64,000 nt of DNA. Source: Candidatus Eiseniibacteriota bacterium (lineage in GTDB: Bacteria > Eisenbacteria > RBG-16-71-46 > CAVPCR01). Where the stretch lies: positions 2,016,001-2,080,000 of the forward strand of contig CAWGMA010000001.1 in the NCBI GenBank assembly GCA_963823555.1, read 5' to 3'. Shown here piece after piece: positions 18,267-27,541 of this stretch. The notes under the pieces were generated by a model. That model saw nothing but the letters and a program-made list of their open reading frames with translations, made no database searches and was not told where the DNA came from. Position numbers and translations under genes: made by a program. Each line of letters begins with the position of its first letter. The stretch's first letter is position 1.

Positions 18267-19535
18267 GTGAATCCACACGCTCCACGACCGCCGGGGGTTC
18301 CGGCAAAGAACGCTTCCTCCTCCTCGCTGCGCCCGGCTGCCGATTTCCGGGTCCTCTACCACATGCTCGAGGATGCGCTCGCCCAGATCGCCCGCATCGA
18401 CAACATATCGGAGATGCTCGAGCTGATTCTCGAGAGCCTGCTCGAGCGCTTCGCGGACGAGCTCGGGTTCGAGGGTGGACGCATCTACCGGCGCGAGGGA
18501 GAGGACTTCTATCTCTGCTGCGGCTTCGGCACTTCGCGCGAGGCACCGGTCGGCCTGCACGTGCCGCGCAACTACCCGCCCCACCTGCGCACCCTGGAGG
18601 AGGGGCTTCTCATCATGCGGCGCGATGAGCCAGGCATCGATCAGGACTTCGAGCACACGATCGGCGTGGATTCGACCTTCGCAGCGATCGCGGTCGGCGA
18701 GGGGAGCACCCATGTCATCGCCTTCTCGATCAAGGGCGATGTCAGGGAGGAACAGCTGCTCTACTCACTCACCGCGGTGCGACATGTGATCAACCTGAAG
18801 CTGGCGCAGCTCAAGGTGAGTGAGGTCATCGAGGAGTCCCGTGCTGTCCACGAGATCATTCTCCCGGACGCGGCTCCGGCCTTCGCGGGCTACGATCTGG
18901 CGGGGCGCGCCCAGGCGGCCGAGGTCGTCGGCGGCGATCTCTTCGACTATCTTCCGCTTGCGGGCGGTAGGCTTGGCATCGCCATCGGCGATTCAACCGG
19001 TCACGGACTCCCCTCCGCCCTCCTCGCCCGCGATGTTCTGACCGGGCTCCGCATGGGGGTAGGCGACACGCTCGCGATCGATCAGACCATCGCCCGCCTC
19101 AACCGGCTGATCCACCGGGCGGCCAGGTCGACGCGCTTCGTCTCTCTCTTCTATGGCGAGCTCGCCGCCGACGGCTCGCTCGTCTACTGCAACGCCGGAC
19201 ACAATCCGCCCCTCCTCCTCAGCCAGGAGTCGTTCACCGAGCTCGACCGGGGCGGTACCGTCCTCGGCGCGATCCCCACGTCGAGCTACGAGAGCGCTCG
19301 GCTCCGGCTCGTCCCCGGGGATCTCCTGGTCCTCTACACGGACGGCGTCATCGAGCGCCTGGACCAGCGCGGAGAGCTCTACGGCGTCGAGCGGCTCAAG
19401 GAGCTCCTCTTGACGCTCGATCGCGGGCTGCCGGCGCAAGGGGTCGTGGCGACCATCTTCGCCGCTGTCGACTCCTACGGGCGCGGATCCCCCCTGGCGG
19501 ACGATGTCACGGCACTGGCTGTCCGGAAGCTCTGA
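18267..19535 (+). CDS. SpoIIE/RsbU-type PP2C phosphatase with GAF-like N-terminus
   Basis: VGGDLFD, GDSTGHG, NAGHNPP, YTDG, DDVT; GTG 18267 lies just after a TTGCGC-17-CATACT promoter. Confidence 0.9.
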   Translation: MNPHAPRPPGVPAKNASSSSLRPAADFRVLYHMLEDALAQIARIDNISEMLELILESLLERFADELGFEGGRIYRREGEDFYLCCGFGTSREAPVGLHVPRNYPPHLRTLEEGLLIMRRDEPGIDQDFEHTIGVDSTFAAIAVGEGSTHVIAFSIKGDVREEQLLYSLTAVRHVINLKLAQLKVSEVIEESRAVHEIILPDAAPAFAGYDLAGRAQAAEVVGGDLFDYLPLAGGRLGIAIGDSTGHGLPSALLARDVLTGLRMGVGDTLAIDQTIARLNRLIHRAARSTRFVSLFYGELAADGSLVYCNAGHNPPLLLSQESFTELDRGGTVLGAIPTSSYESARLRLVPGDLLVLYTDGVIERLDQRGELYGVERLKELLLTLDRGLPAQGVVATIFAAVDSYGRGSPLADDVTALAVRKL

Positions 19536-19595
19536 CCCGCCCTCAAAACCTAAGGTGGCGCCCCCTCGCGGCGACCTTTATCCTCTCCCCCCGTC

Positions 19596-20420
19596 GTGAA
19601 CGAACTCCCCTCGACCCAGAGCGGCACCCATCGCTGGCCGGAGCTACTCAGCATCACCGACCATCGGTCGCTGTTCGATGATGCCTTCATCGACCGCTAC
19701 GAGCCGGGTGACGCCGCGTACTTCCGCGCCATCACGCGCAGCGCCACGATCCGCCAGATGGCGGACGTCCTCACCGCGGTCGGCCTCTCCGGGCGTGGCC
19801 GGGTGCTCGACATCGGCTGCGGCGCCGGACAGGGGAGCTTCGCCGCCGCCTGCCTCAACGATGAGGTCCTCGCCATCGATATCAACCCATCCTTGATCGA
19901 GATCTGCGAGGAGGCCCGCGTTCGCCACGGCGTCCACAACCTGAGCTTCGCCTGCCGCAGCTTTGCCAGTCCCCTCCTCATCGACGGCTCGTTCGATGCC
20001 GCCATCTGCTCGGAGGTGCTCTACATCGTCGACACCGAGGCCTGCATGCGGCGGCTGGGAGCCCTGGTCCGTCCCGGGGGGGTGGTCTACCTCCGTACTC
20101 ACTGTTTCCCCTGGGCGCTTCGCTACTGGCTGCGCTCGATCCTCAAGCTGAGCCCGCTCGACTTCGCCCTGTATAGCCGCCGCCTCGCGCTCGCCTTGCC
20201 CCGCCAGCTGTTCGGGTTCCGTCCTTCGCGCCGTTACCAGTACTTGACCCGGCGCGAGCTCTACCGGCTGATGGCGGCCAGCGGCTTCGACCTGGTGGCG
20301 GCAACGGGTGACGATGGCGAGCACGATCTCTACGCGCTGGCCCCCACGCTCCGGTCATGGCGCGGTCCCGGCCCCGGAGGCATCCTCTACTTCATCGACG
20401 CGGTCGGCAGGAGACGATGA
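19596..20420 (+). CDS. Class I SAM-dependent methyltransferase
   Basis: VLDIGCGAG, FDAAICSEVLY, LVRPGG. Confidence 0.85.
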   Translation: MNELPSTQSGTHRWPELLSITDHRSLFDDAFIDRYEPGDAAYFRAITRSATIRQMADVLTAVGLSGRGRVLDIGCGAGQGSFAAACLNDEVLAIDINPSLIEICEEARVRHGVHNLSFACRSFASPLLIDGSFDAAICSEVLYIVDTEACMRRLGALVRPGGVVYLRTHCFPWALRYWLRSILKLSPLDFALYSRRLALALPRQLFGFRPSRRYQYLTRRELYRLMAASGFDLVAATGDDGEHDLYALAPTLRSWRGPGPGGILYFIDAVGRRR

Positions 20421-21628
20421 CTCACCTCCTCGTTCGCGCCCTCAACCGGCTGACCTACTTGATCGACGAGCACACGCGCTCGCTCGGAGTTCCGGGATCG
20501 CGCGACGAGCATCTCGCCGCCACGCTCGACTGGCTGCTTCGCGCCCACGACGCCTCGGGCGATGATGGCGTTTCGGCGGGCTACCACCCGGTGCGCCGCG
20601 CGTGGTTCCCCTCCTATCCGGAGACCACGGGCTACATCATCTCCACACTTCTCCGCCTCGCCGAGCGGGCCGCCGCTCAGGGCGCCAGCGCCCATGCCGC
20701 CGAAATCAAGGCCCGGGCTCGGCGCATGGGGCGCTGGGAGATCGGGGTGCAGATGCCCGAGGGATGCGTGCAGGCCGATTACCTCGGCGCCGCCCCCCCG
20801 CGACCGGCCGTCTTCAACACGGGGCAAGTGGTCTTTGGGTGGTGCGCGCTCCACGACTTCGATCAGAGCCCGGAGTGGCTGTCGGCCGCCAGGCGCGCCG
20901 TCAGCTGGCTCGTGGCCCATCAGGAACCGGACGGCTGCTGGCGCCGCGGGCAGTCACCCAAGGCATCGAGCCCCGTGCACAGCTACGACGTCCGCGTCGC
21001 CTGGGCTCTTGCGGAATATCACCGTATCACGCAGGATCCTGCGGCAAAGGAGGCAGCCCGGCGAGCGGCCGAGTGGACCGTCGAGCAGCAGGATCCGGAT
21101 GGCTGGTTCGCTGCGACCGCGTTCGATGCCGGGACGGCACCCACGACCCACCCCATCGGCTACGTGCTCGAGGGCCTCGTTGCCGTGGGTCTTCATCTCG
21201 GCGAGGACCGCTTCATCACGTCGGCCCGGCGCGCCGCCGATGCCCTTCTCGAGCGCCTGAGCCCGCTCGGCACGCTGGCCGGCGCCTACGACCGCCACTG
21301 GCGGCCGGCCAGTGGCAGCACGTGCCTCACCGGCAACGCCCAGATCGGCATCGTGTGGGGATGGCTATTCGTGCTCACCGGCGAGGAGAAGTACCGGACC
21401 GGGCTCGCCGCCGCGAATCGGGCCATCGCCCGCACCCAGCAACTGACGGATCGCAATCCGGGGATCCTCGGCGGGGTCAAGGGCTCGCACCCGAACACGA
21501 GTGGATACAGCCCGTTCTTCTATCCGAACTGGGCCGCCAAGTTCTATCTCGACGCGCTCCTTCTGGAGGAAGCGCTGGCGAACGAGCCGCGCGATGCGTT
21601 ACGTGCGCGGCTACCCTGGTGCGGATGA
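20417..21628 (+). CDS. (alpha/alpha)-barrel prenyltransferase/squalene-cyclase-repeat or glycosidase-like protein
   Basis: SYPETTGY, FNTGQV, WLVAHQEPDGCW, QDPDGWF, CLTGNAQ, YPNWAAKF; ATGA overlap with the upstream gene. Confidence 0.75.
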   Translation: MTHLLVRALNRLTYLIDEHTRSLGVPGSRDEHLAATLDWLLRAHDASGDDGVSAGYHPVRRAWFPSYPETTGYIISTLLRLAERAAAQGASAHAAEIKARARRMGRWEIGVQMPEGCVQADYLGAAPPRPAVFNTGQVVFGWCALHDFDQSPEWLSAARRAVSWLVAHQEPDGCWRRGQSPKASSPVHSYDVRVAWALAEYHRITQDPAAKEAARRAAEWTVEQQDPDGWFAATAFDAGTAPTTHPIGYVLEGLVAVGLHLGEDRFITSARRAADALLERLSPLGTLAGAYDRHWRPASGSTCLTGNAQIGIVWGWLFVLTGEEKYRTGLAAANRAIARTQQLTDRNPGILGGVKGSHPNTSGYSPFFYPNWAAKFYLDALLLEEALANEPRDALRARLPWCG

Positions 21629-22641
21629 CCACGGCCCCGTCCAATCACCTCTATCAGACCCCGGAGTGGGCCTCGGTCCGCGCCGCCGATGGGTGGCACA
21701 CGGAGCGCGTCGCCGGCCCGTGGGGTGAGTATCCGGCACTCGTGCGGCCGATTCCCCTCCTCGGACGCGTGCTCATCGAGGTGCCCTATGGGCCACCCGG
21801 GCCCTACGACGACCCTGCGGCGGTGGACGAGCTCCTGTCGAGCCTCGTCATGCATTCCCGCCGCCGGCGCGCGGCGGTGGTGCGCATCCACCCCTACCCG
21901 ATCCCTCACCACCCGGTCCTGCCGGCGGCAGAGCTCACCGCGCGCTTCACCGCGCACGCGTTCGCTCCTGATCCGGACCCTCTCGGCTATGCCCACACCT
22001 ATATGATCGATCTCACAGCCAGCGAGGAGATGCTCTGGGAGAGAATGGAAGGGCGCGCCCGCACCGCTGTCCGCAAGTCGGAGCGGACCGATCTTGTCTT
22101 CTCGCCGAGCGAGGACCATGACCGCTTCGCCGAGCTCTACTTCGCGATGGCGGCCCGCACCGGGCTCGTGCCCGAACCAGCCGACTTCTTTGCCCGCATG
22201 AAAGCGATCGCGGCTCCGGCCGGCGTGGTGAAGCTCGTCGCCTTGTCCCGGCCACATGTTTCCGCCGAAACACCGGACTCCGGAGTCCACGATGTGCTGG
22301 CCGCGGCGCTCCTCTCCACGGTGGGTGACGTCGTCGTCTACCTCTGGGGCGCGTCGGCACCGGACGCGGGCGCGGTGTGCGCCAACGAGCGGCTGCAGTG
22401 GGAAGCCATCCGCTGGGCCCGCGCCGCTGGCTATCGCACGTACGATCTGGGCGGGGCCACGGCCGATGCTCCGGCGGGATCCAAGAAGGCCGGGATCGCC
22501 CGCTTCAAGCGGCAATTCGGCGGAGAGCTCGTACCGCTCCCGGGCACTCACGCTCGAGTCCTCGATCCCTGGGCGACCCGCGCTGCGCGCGCCATGCGCC
22601 GGATCCGCGCCCGTCTTCGAAACGGCCCTCCTCAACGCTAG
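21625..22641 (+). CDS. FemAB/FemX-like GNAT family protein
   Basis: LYQTPEWA, PYGP, TYMIDL...EE.LW, R.AVRK, YLWGAS, LQWEAIRWA...G...YDLGG, FKRQFGG; ATGA overlap. Confidence 0.85.
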   Translation: MTTAPSNHLYQTPEWASVRAADGWHTERVAGPWGEYPALVRPIPLLGRVLIEVPYGPPGPYDDPAAVDELLSSLVMHSRRRRAAVVRIHPYPIPHHPVLPAAELTARFTAHAFAPDPDPLGYAHTYMIDLTASEEMLWERMEGRARTAVRKSERTDLVFSPSEDHDRFAELYFAMAARTGLVPEPADFFARMKAIAAPAGVVKLVALSRPHVSAETPDSGVHDVLAAALLSTVGDVVVYLWGASAPDAGAVCANERLQWEAIRWARAAGYRTYDLGGATADAPAGSKKAGIARFKRQFGGELVPLPGTHARVLDPWATRAARAMRRIRARLRNGPPQR

Positions 22642-22740
22642 CCACATCGACAGCGGACGCGGCCGGCGTTACATTGAAGGCCGGCCGATCGCTCCTCCGA
22701 TCGTGCCGGGGGAATCCAGCGAGAAGGGAGGAATGGTTCC

Positions 22741-23439
22741 ATGTCAAGAGTGGCCATAGCCTTAATGCTGTTCCATTTGTCAGCGGCGGCACTTGCTCTG
22801 GCCAGCGTCGAGATCGCCCACTACCCGTTGCTGACGGATGGCATCGATACGACCGGCAACAACGATCCGATGACGCTCGAGAATGCTCCTTTCCAGGATG
22901 GCGGCGTCTACTGCAACGGGGTCTACTGGCTATCGGGGCTTCCCGACAGCTATCTCGTCGAGACCCCCCGGCTGCCCGCCCTCGACTTCGAGTCGCTCGC
23001 CATCTCGGCCGAGTTCAAGATCTCACGGTATCCTTCATTCACGCTGCCTGTGATCGTCGGTGGTCGCAATGGCCGCTGGCTGGGGGCGGAGGTCGCTCCG
23101 GACGGGACCCTCGGCATGCTGTACAACAATGACAACCGGGTGCCGGGAAGCCAGATCGTATCCCTGGATGAGTGGCATCGCGCGCTCATCACCTACGATG
23201 GCGCTACCGATGAGGCTCGCCTCTATCTCGACGACCAGCTGAGTTGCGCGGCAACGTTCGTGATCGAGGCCTTCAATGCGAACAGAATCACCACCGAGAA
23301 CTTCGCAAACGGCACGGCGTTCCTGGGCCTGGTCCGCCAGCTGATCATCTATGATGCGCCGTTCGTTCCGGCTCCCGTGGAGACCGCCACCTGGGGGCTG
23401 GTGAAAGCGCTGTTTCACCCCAGCACCCCTGGAACCTGA
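22741..23439 (+). CDS. Secreted LamG/concanavalin-like protein with a C-terminal TWGxxK motif
   Basis: Signal peptide; EWHRALITYDG...LYLD, F.G.V..L.IY; ends PVETATWGLVKALF. Confidence 0.8.
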   Translation: MSRVAIALMLFHLSAAALALASVEIAHYPLLTDGIDTTGNNDPMTLENAPFQDGGVYCNGVYWLSGLPDSYLVETPRLPALDFESLAISAEFKISRYPSFTLPVIVGGRNGRWLGAEVAPDGTLGMLYNNDNRVPGSQIVSLDEWHRALITYDGATDEARLYLDDQLSCAATFVIEAFNANRITTENFANGTAFLGLVRQLIIYDAPFVPAPVETATWGLVKALFHPSTPGT

Positions 23440-23609
23440 GACTGACTCAGAATGGTGACGGCTCCGGGGCCACCCGCGGCCTGCAGGCTGCTCGGAATCG
23501 AGGAGCTCCGCTTCCGGGCGGCCGATAACTCCATGATGACCAAGGTACGGGCACGATCGGGGGGGCGGGGAATGACCGCCCCTGTAGGCCATCTGGCCGG
23601 AGCTGCAAA

Positions 23610-24776
23610 TTGAAGAAGCGCCAGCTGGTCGTCGTGGGCACCGTCGCCAGCGACCCCTATGCCGGCATGGCCTGGATGCACATGCAGATCGCGGCCGGGC
23701 TCCTCCGTCTGGGTCATGACGTGCACTACCTGGAGACGACCTCCTCCTGGCCCTACGACCCGACCCAGGAAGCGTGTGTCTGCAATTCCGACTACGCCGT
23801 GCCCTATCTGGCCCGGGTGGCCGAGAGCTTCGGCCTCGGCGAGCGCTGGGCCTATCGACGCAGCTACTCGGACAAGGCATGGTTCGGTCCCAGCCGGGAC
23901 CGGGCGCTCGACCTCCTCGCCCACGCGGACGCGGTGCTGAACGTGGCGAGCGCCACGCGGCTCGCGGAGGAGGGCTTGAAGGTCGGCCGGCTCGTGGGCT
24001 ACGGCACGGACCCGGGATACCAGGAGATCGCCTTTGCCAGCGGTCAGGAAGACATCGTCACGCTGGTCGAGGAGCACGATGAGTTCGTGACCTACGGCGA
24101 GAACATCGGCAACCCGGACTGCCCGGTCCCACCGCTACCGGGATTGCGCTCCCGGACCCGGCAACCGGTGCTCCTCGATCTGTGGCCGGACGGCACTCCA
24201 CGGCGTGATGTCTTCACGACGGTGTGCAACTGGAAACAGACGGGCAAGGACATCGCCTTCCGGAAAGAGGTCTATACCTGGAGCAAGCACCACGAGTTTC
24301 TCAAGTTCCTCGCGCTCCCGGGACGCGTCGCACCCCCGGTGGAGCTGGCCATGGGTCTGGCCCAGGTCGGCGCCGAGGATCGCCAGCTCCTCGAGTCCAA
24401 CGGCTGGCACCTCGTCGACGCTCCTCCTTTCACCACCGATCCCTGGAGCTACCGCGATTACGTGCTCGCCTCCCGGGGCGAATTCACCGTGGCCAAGGAT
24501 CTGAACGTGCGCCTCAAGACCGGTTGGTTCAGTGAGCGCAGCGCCGTCTATCTCGGCGCCGGCCGTCCCGTCATCACGCAAGACACCGGGTTCGGCAAGT
24601 TCATTCCCACCGGAGAGGGTCTCTTCGCCTTCAACACGATGGAGGATATTCTCAGCGCATTCGACGCCATCGAAGGCGATTACGAGCGTCATAGCCGGGC
24701 GGCGCGTGCCCTCGCCGAGGAGTACTTCCGGGCGGAGACCGTGCTCGCCAAGGTTCTCGCCGATCTGGGACTGTGA
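23610..24776 (+). CDS. Atypical GT-B glycosyltransferase-like protein, paralogue 1
   Basis: TTG start; GMAW..LGHDV.YLE..YDP; FTTV.NW; GWFSERSA.YL.AGRPVITQDTGF. Confidence 0.75.
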   Translation: MKKRQLVVVGTVASDPYAGMAWMHMQIAAGLLRLGHDVHYLETTSSWPYDPTQEACVCNSDYAVPYLARVAESFGLGERWAYRRSYSDKAWFGPSRDRALDLLAHADAVLNVASATRLAEEGLKVGRLVGYGTDPGYQEIAFASGQEDIVTLVEEHDEFVTYGENIGNPDCPVPPLPGLRSRTRQPVLLDLWPDGTPRRDVFTTVCNWKQTGKDIAFRKEVYTWSKHHEFLKFLALPGRVAPPVELAMGLAQVGAEDRQLLESNGWHLVDAPPFTTDPWSYRDYVLASRGEFTVAKDLNVRLKTGWFSERSAVYLGAGRPVITQDTGFGKFIPTGEGLFAFNTMEDILSAFDAIEGDYERHSRAARALAEEYFRAETVLAKVLADLGL

Positions 24777-24778
24777 TC

Positions 24779-25498
24779 ATGGCGGCACCCATCCAGCTCA
24801 TCATCAACGCCGACGACTTCGGGCTCGATCAAGGCGTGAATCATGGTGTCGCTCACGCCTTCGAGCATGGGATCGTCACCAGTGCGAGCATGATGGTGCG
24901 CGGGAGCGCCGCCGCTGCGGCGGCCGATTACTCACACGCGCATCCCGAGCTCGGCCTTGGACTGCATGTCGACCTCGGAGAGTGGTTCTTTGACAGCGGC
25001 ACCTGGGTGCCACGCTATGAGGTGGTTCCGCTCGACAGGCCCGCGGCCGTCGAGCGGGAGGTGGGCGAACAGCTCTCCCGCTTCCGAGAGCTTCTGGGAG
25101 TGGAGCCGACACATCTCGACTCCCACCAGCACGTCCATCAGCGCGAACCGGCCGCCTCCGTGCTCCGTGCCTGCGCGCTCGCTCTCGGCATTCCCCTCCG
25201 CCACGGCGGCGAGGTGCACTACTGCGGCGACTTCTACGGCCAGACCACCGCGGGCGATCCGCTTCCGGAAGCCATCACCGTGGATGCCTTGATCCGGATC
25301 CTCGCCCGGCTCCCCGCCGGCTGGACCGAGCTCTGCTGCCATCCCGGCGACGGGAGCCACGAGGAAACGAGCTACGGGACCGAGCGCGCCCTCGAGGTCG
25401 CGTCCCTGTGCGACCCGCGGGTACGCGAGGCCATCGTCAAGCGTGACATCGAGCTCTGCACCTTCAAGCAGCTCAAGAAACCGGGCAGGCTCGCATGA
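24779..25498 (+). CDS. YdjC/ChbG family carbohydrate deacetylase
   Basis: IINADDFG, TSASMM, GLH, PTHLDSHQHVH, ELCCHPG. Confidence 0.92.
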   Translation: MAAPIQLIINADDFGLDQGVNHGVAHAFEHGIVTSASMMVRGSAAAAAADYSHAHPELGLGLHVDLGEWFFDSGTWVPRYEVVPLDRPAAVEREVGEQLSRFRELLGVEPTHLDSHQHVHQREPAASVLRACALALGIPLRHGGEVHYCGDFYGQTTAGDPLPEAITVDALIRILARLPAGWTELCCHPGDGSHEETSYGTERALEVASLCDPRVREAIVKRDIELCTFKQLKKPGRLA

Positions 25499-26391
25499 GG
25501 ATCCTCGTCGCCGGCTGGTTCAGCTTCGAGAACATGGGAGCCACCGCCGGGGATCTCATCTGCCGCGACCTGGCCTGCGCGTGGATCGAGCAAGCGGGGT
25601 ACGACCATGACGTTGCCCTCGCGCCGCCCTTTGCCGGCGGCGTCGACTGGCGCGAGGTCGACCCGGAAGCCTATGGAGCCGTCCTCTTCGTGTGCGGACC
25701 CTTCGGCAACGGATGGCCGATCACGGACTTCCTCGCGCGCTTCGCGGGCCGCCGGCTCGCCGGCCTGAGCCTGACCATGCTCGAATCGCTGGAGAGCTGG
25801 AACCCGTTCGATCTGCTCATGGAGCGCGACAGCTCGCGGATCGCCCGCCCGGACATCTCGTTCCTCGGTCGGGCATCACGAGTCCCGATGGTCGGCCTCG
25901 TACTCATCGACTCGCAGCCGGAATACGGCGACAAGGACGGTCGCCGGCCCGCTGACGAGGCCATCCGCCGTCTCGTCCAGTCACGACCGATGGCCGTGGT
26001 CGAGATCGACACCCGCCTCGACCAGAACCGAGGTGGACTGCGTACCGCCGCCGAGATCGAGTCCCTCATCGCCCGCATGGATGCCGTGATCACGACCCGG
26101 ATGCACGGCATGGTCCTCGCTCTCAAGAACGGCGTTCCGGCGGTCGTCATCGACTCGGTAGCAGACGGGGCCAAGATCACACGCCAGGCGGAGGCCATCG
26201 GCTGGCCCCATGTCTTCGCGGTGGATGACCTCCGCGATGAAGCGCTCGCCGCGAGCTTCGCCGCCTGCCTGACCGATGAAGCTCGCCGCGAGGCCCGGGA
26301 GTGCGGCGACCGGGCGCGCCGCAAAGCGGCCGTGGCTCGCGACGAGTTCATCGCCGCCTTGAAGCAGCTCGGCGGCAGGGAAGAGACGTAA
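25495..26391 (+). CDS. Polysaccharide pyruvyl transferase family protein
   Basis: AGWF...ATAGD, RD..RPD, ITTRMHGMVLAL..GVP. Confidence 0.8.
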   Translation: MRILVAGWFSFENMGATAGDLICRDLACAWIEQAGYDHDVALAPPFAGGVDWREVDPEAYGAVLFVCGPFGNGWPITDFLARFAGRRLAGLSLTMLESLESWNPFDLLMERDSSRIARPDISFLGRASRVPMVGLVLIDSQPEYGDKDGRRPADEAIRRLVQSRPMAVVEIDTRLDQNRGGLRTAAEIESLIARMDAVITTRMHGMVLALKNGVPAVVIDSVADGAKITRQAEAIGWPHVFAVDDLRDEALAASFAACLTDEARREARECGDRARRKAAVARDEFIAALKQLGGREET

Positions 26392-26395
26392 GACG

Positions 26396-27541
26396 ATGGC
26401 GCGAATCGTGCTCGGGTCCTACATGGTCCGTTATCCGCTCGGCGGCATGATGTCGTGGGTGCTGCAATACCTGGTGGGCTTCCAGCGCCTGGGGCACGAC
26501 ATCGTCTTCGTGGAGAAGAGCGGATACGCGAACTCCTGCTACGATCCCGTGCGCGATGTGATGAGCGACGATCCCACCCGGGGCATCGAGATCCTGACGC
26601 AGCTCCTCTCCCGCTTCGGGCTCGAGGCTCGATGGTGCTTCGTGGACGCCGCCGGCCGCTACCACGGCATGAGCGAGAGCCGGATCCAGAGCGTCTTCGA
26701 TTCGGCGGCTCTCTTCTGCGACATGGGCACGCATGGCAACTGGCTCCCGGAGGCGGCGCGCACGGGACTCCGCGTCCTCATCGACGGCGAACCGGGATTC
26801 ACGCAGATGAAGATGCAGAACCGGATCGATGCCGGCGAGGCGCTCCCCGAGTACGACCTCTATTACACGACTGGGCAGAACATCGGAACAGAGCACAGCA
26901 CGGCGCCCGCGGCCGGCAGGGAATGGCGCCGCATCTATCACCCGGTCGTCATGGACCTCTTCCCGCCACGACCACCCGCGCCCGAGGCCCGGTTCACGAC
27001 CGTCATGAACTGGCAGTCCTACGAGCCGGTCTGGTTCAATGGCATCGAGTACGGCCACAAGGACGTCGAGTTCCGCCGGTTCATCGACCTTCCGGCACGA
27101 ACCTCTGAGCCGCTCGAGGTGGCGGTATCCGGAAAGCGCATCCCCCGAGCCGAGCTCGAAGGGCTCGGCTGGCGGATCCGGGACGCCCACGAGGTCACCG
27201 CTTCCTTCGCTGCCTTCGCCGGCTATACCGGTGACTCGAAGGGCGAGTTCAGCGTCTGCAAGAGCGGGTACGTGGTCACCCACACGGGCTGGTTCAGCGA
27301 TCGGAGCGCCGCCTATCTCGCCGGCGCGCGTCCCGTCGTGATGCAGGACACCGGCTTCAGCGCCCATCTCCCGTGCGGCGAGGGTCTGTTCGCCGCGCGC
27401 ACGGTGGCGGAGGCCGCCGCCGCGCTGGACACGATCGGCGCCGACTACGAGCGGCACAGCCGCCGGGCGCGCGAGATCGCCGGCGATCACCTGGACGCCA
27501 GCAAGGTCCTCGGGAATCTTCTCCATGAGCTCGGTGTCTAG
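26396..27541 (+). CDS. Atypical GT-B glycosyltransferase-like protein, paralogue 2
   Basis: PLGGMMSWVLQY..G..LGHD; GWFSDRSAAYLAGARPVVMQDTGF. Confidence 0.75.
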   Translation: MARIVLGSYMVRYPLGGMMSWVLQYLVGFQRLGHDIVFVEKSGYANSCYDPVRDVMSDDPTRGIEILTQLLSRFGLEARWCFVDAAGRYHGMSESRIQSVFDSAALFCDMGTHGNWLPEAARTGLRVLIDGEPGFTQMKMQNRIDAGEALPEYDLYYTTGQNIGTEHSTAPAAGREWRRIYHPVVMDLFPPRPPAPEARFTTVMNWQSYEPVWFNGIEYGHKDVEFRRFIDLPARTSEPLEVAVSGKRIPRAELEGLGWRIRDAHEVTASFAAFAGYTGDSKGEFSVCKSGYVVTHTGWFSDRSAAYLAGARPVVMQDTGFSAHLPCGEGLFAARTVAEAAAALDTIGADYERHSRRAREIAGDHLDASKVLGNLLHELGV

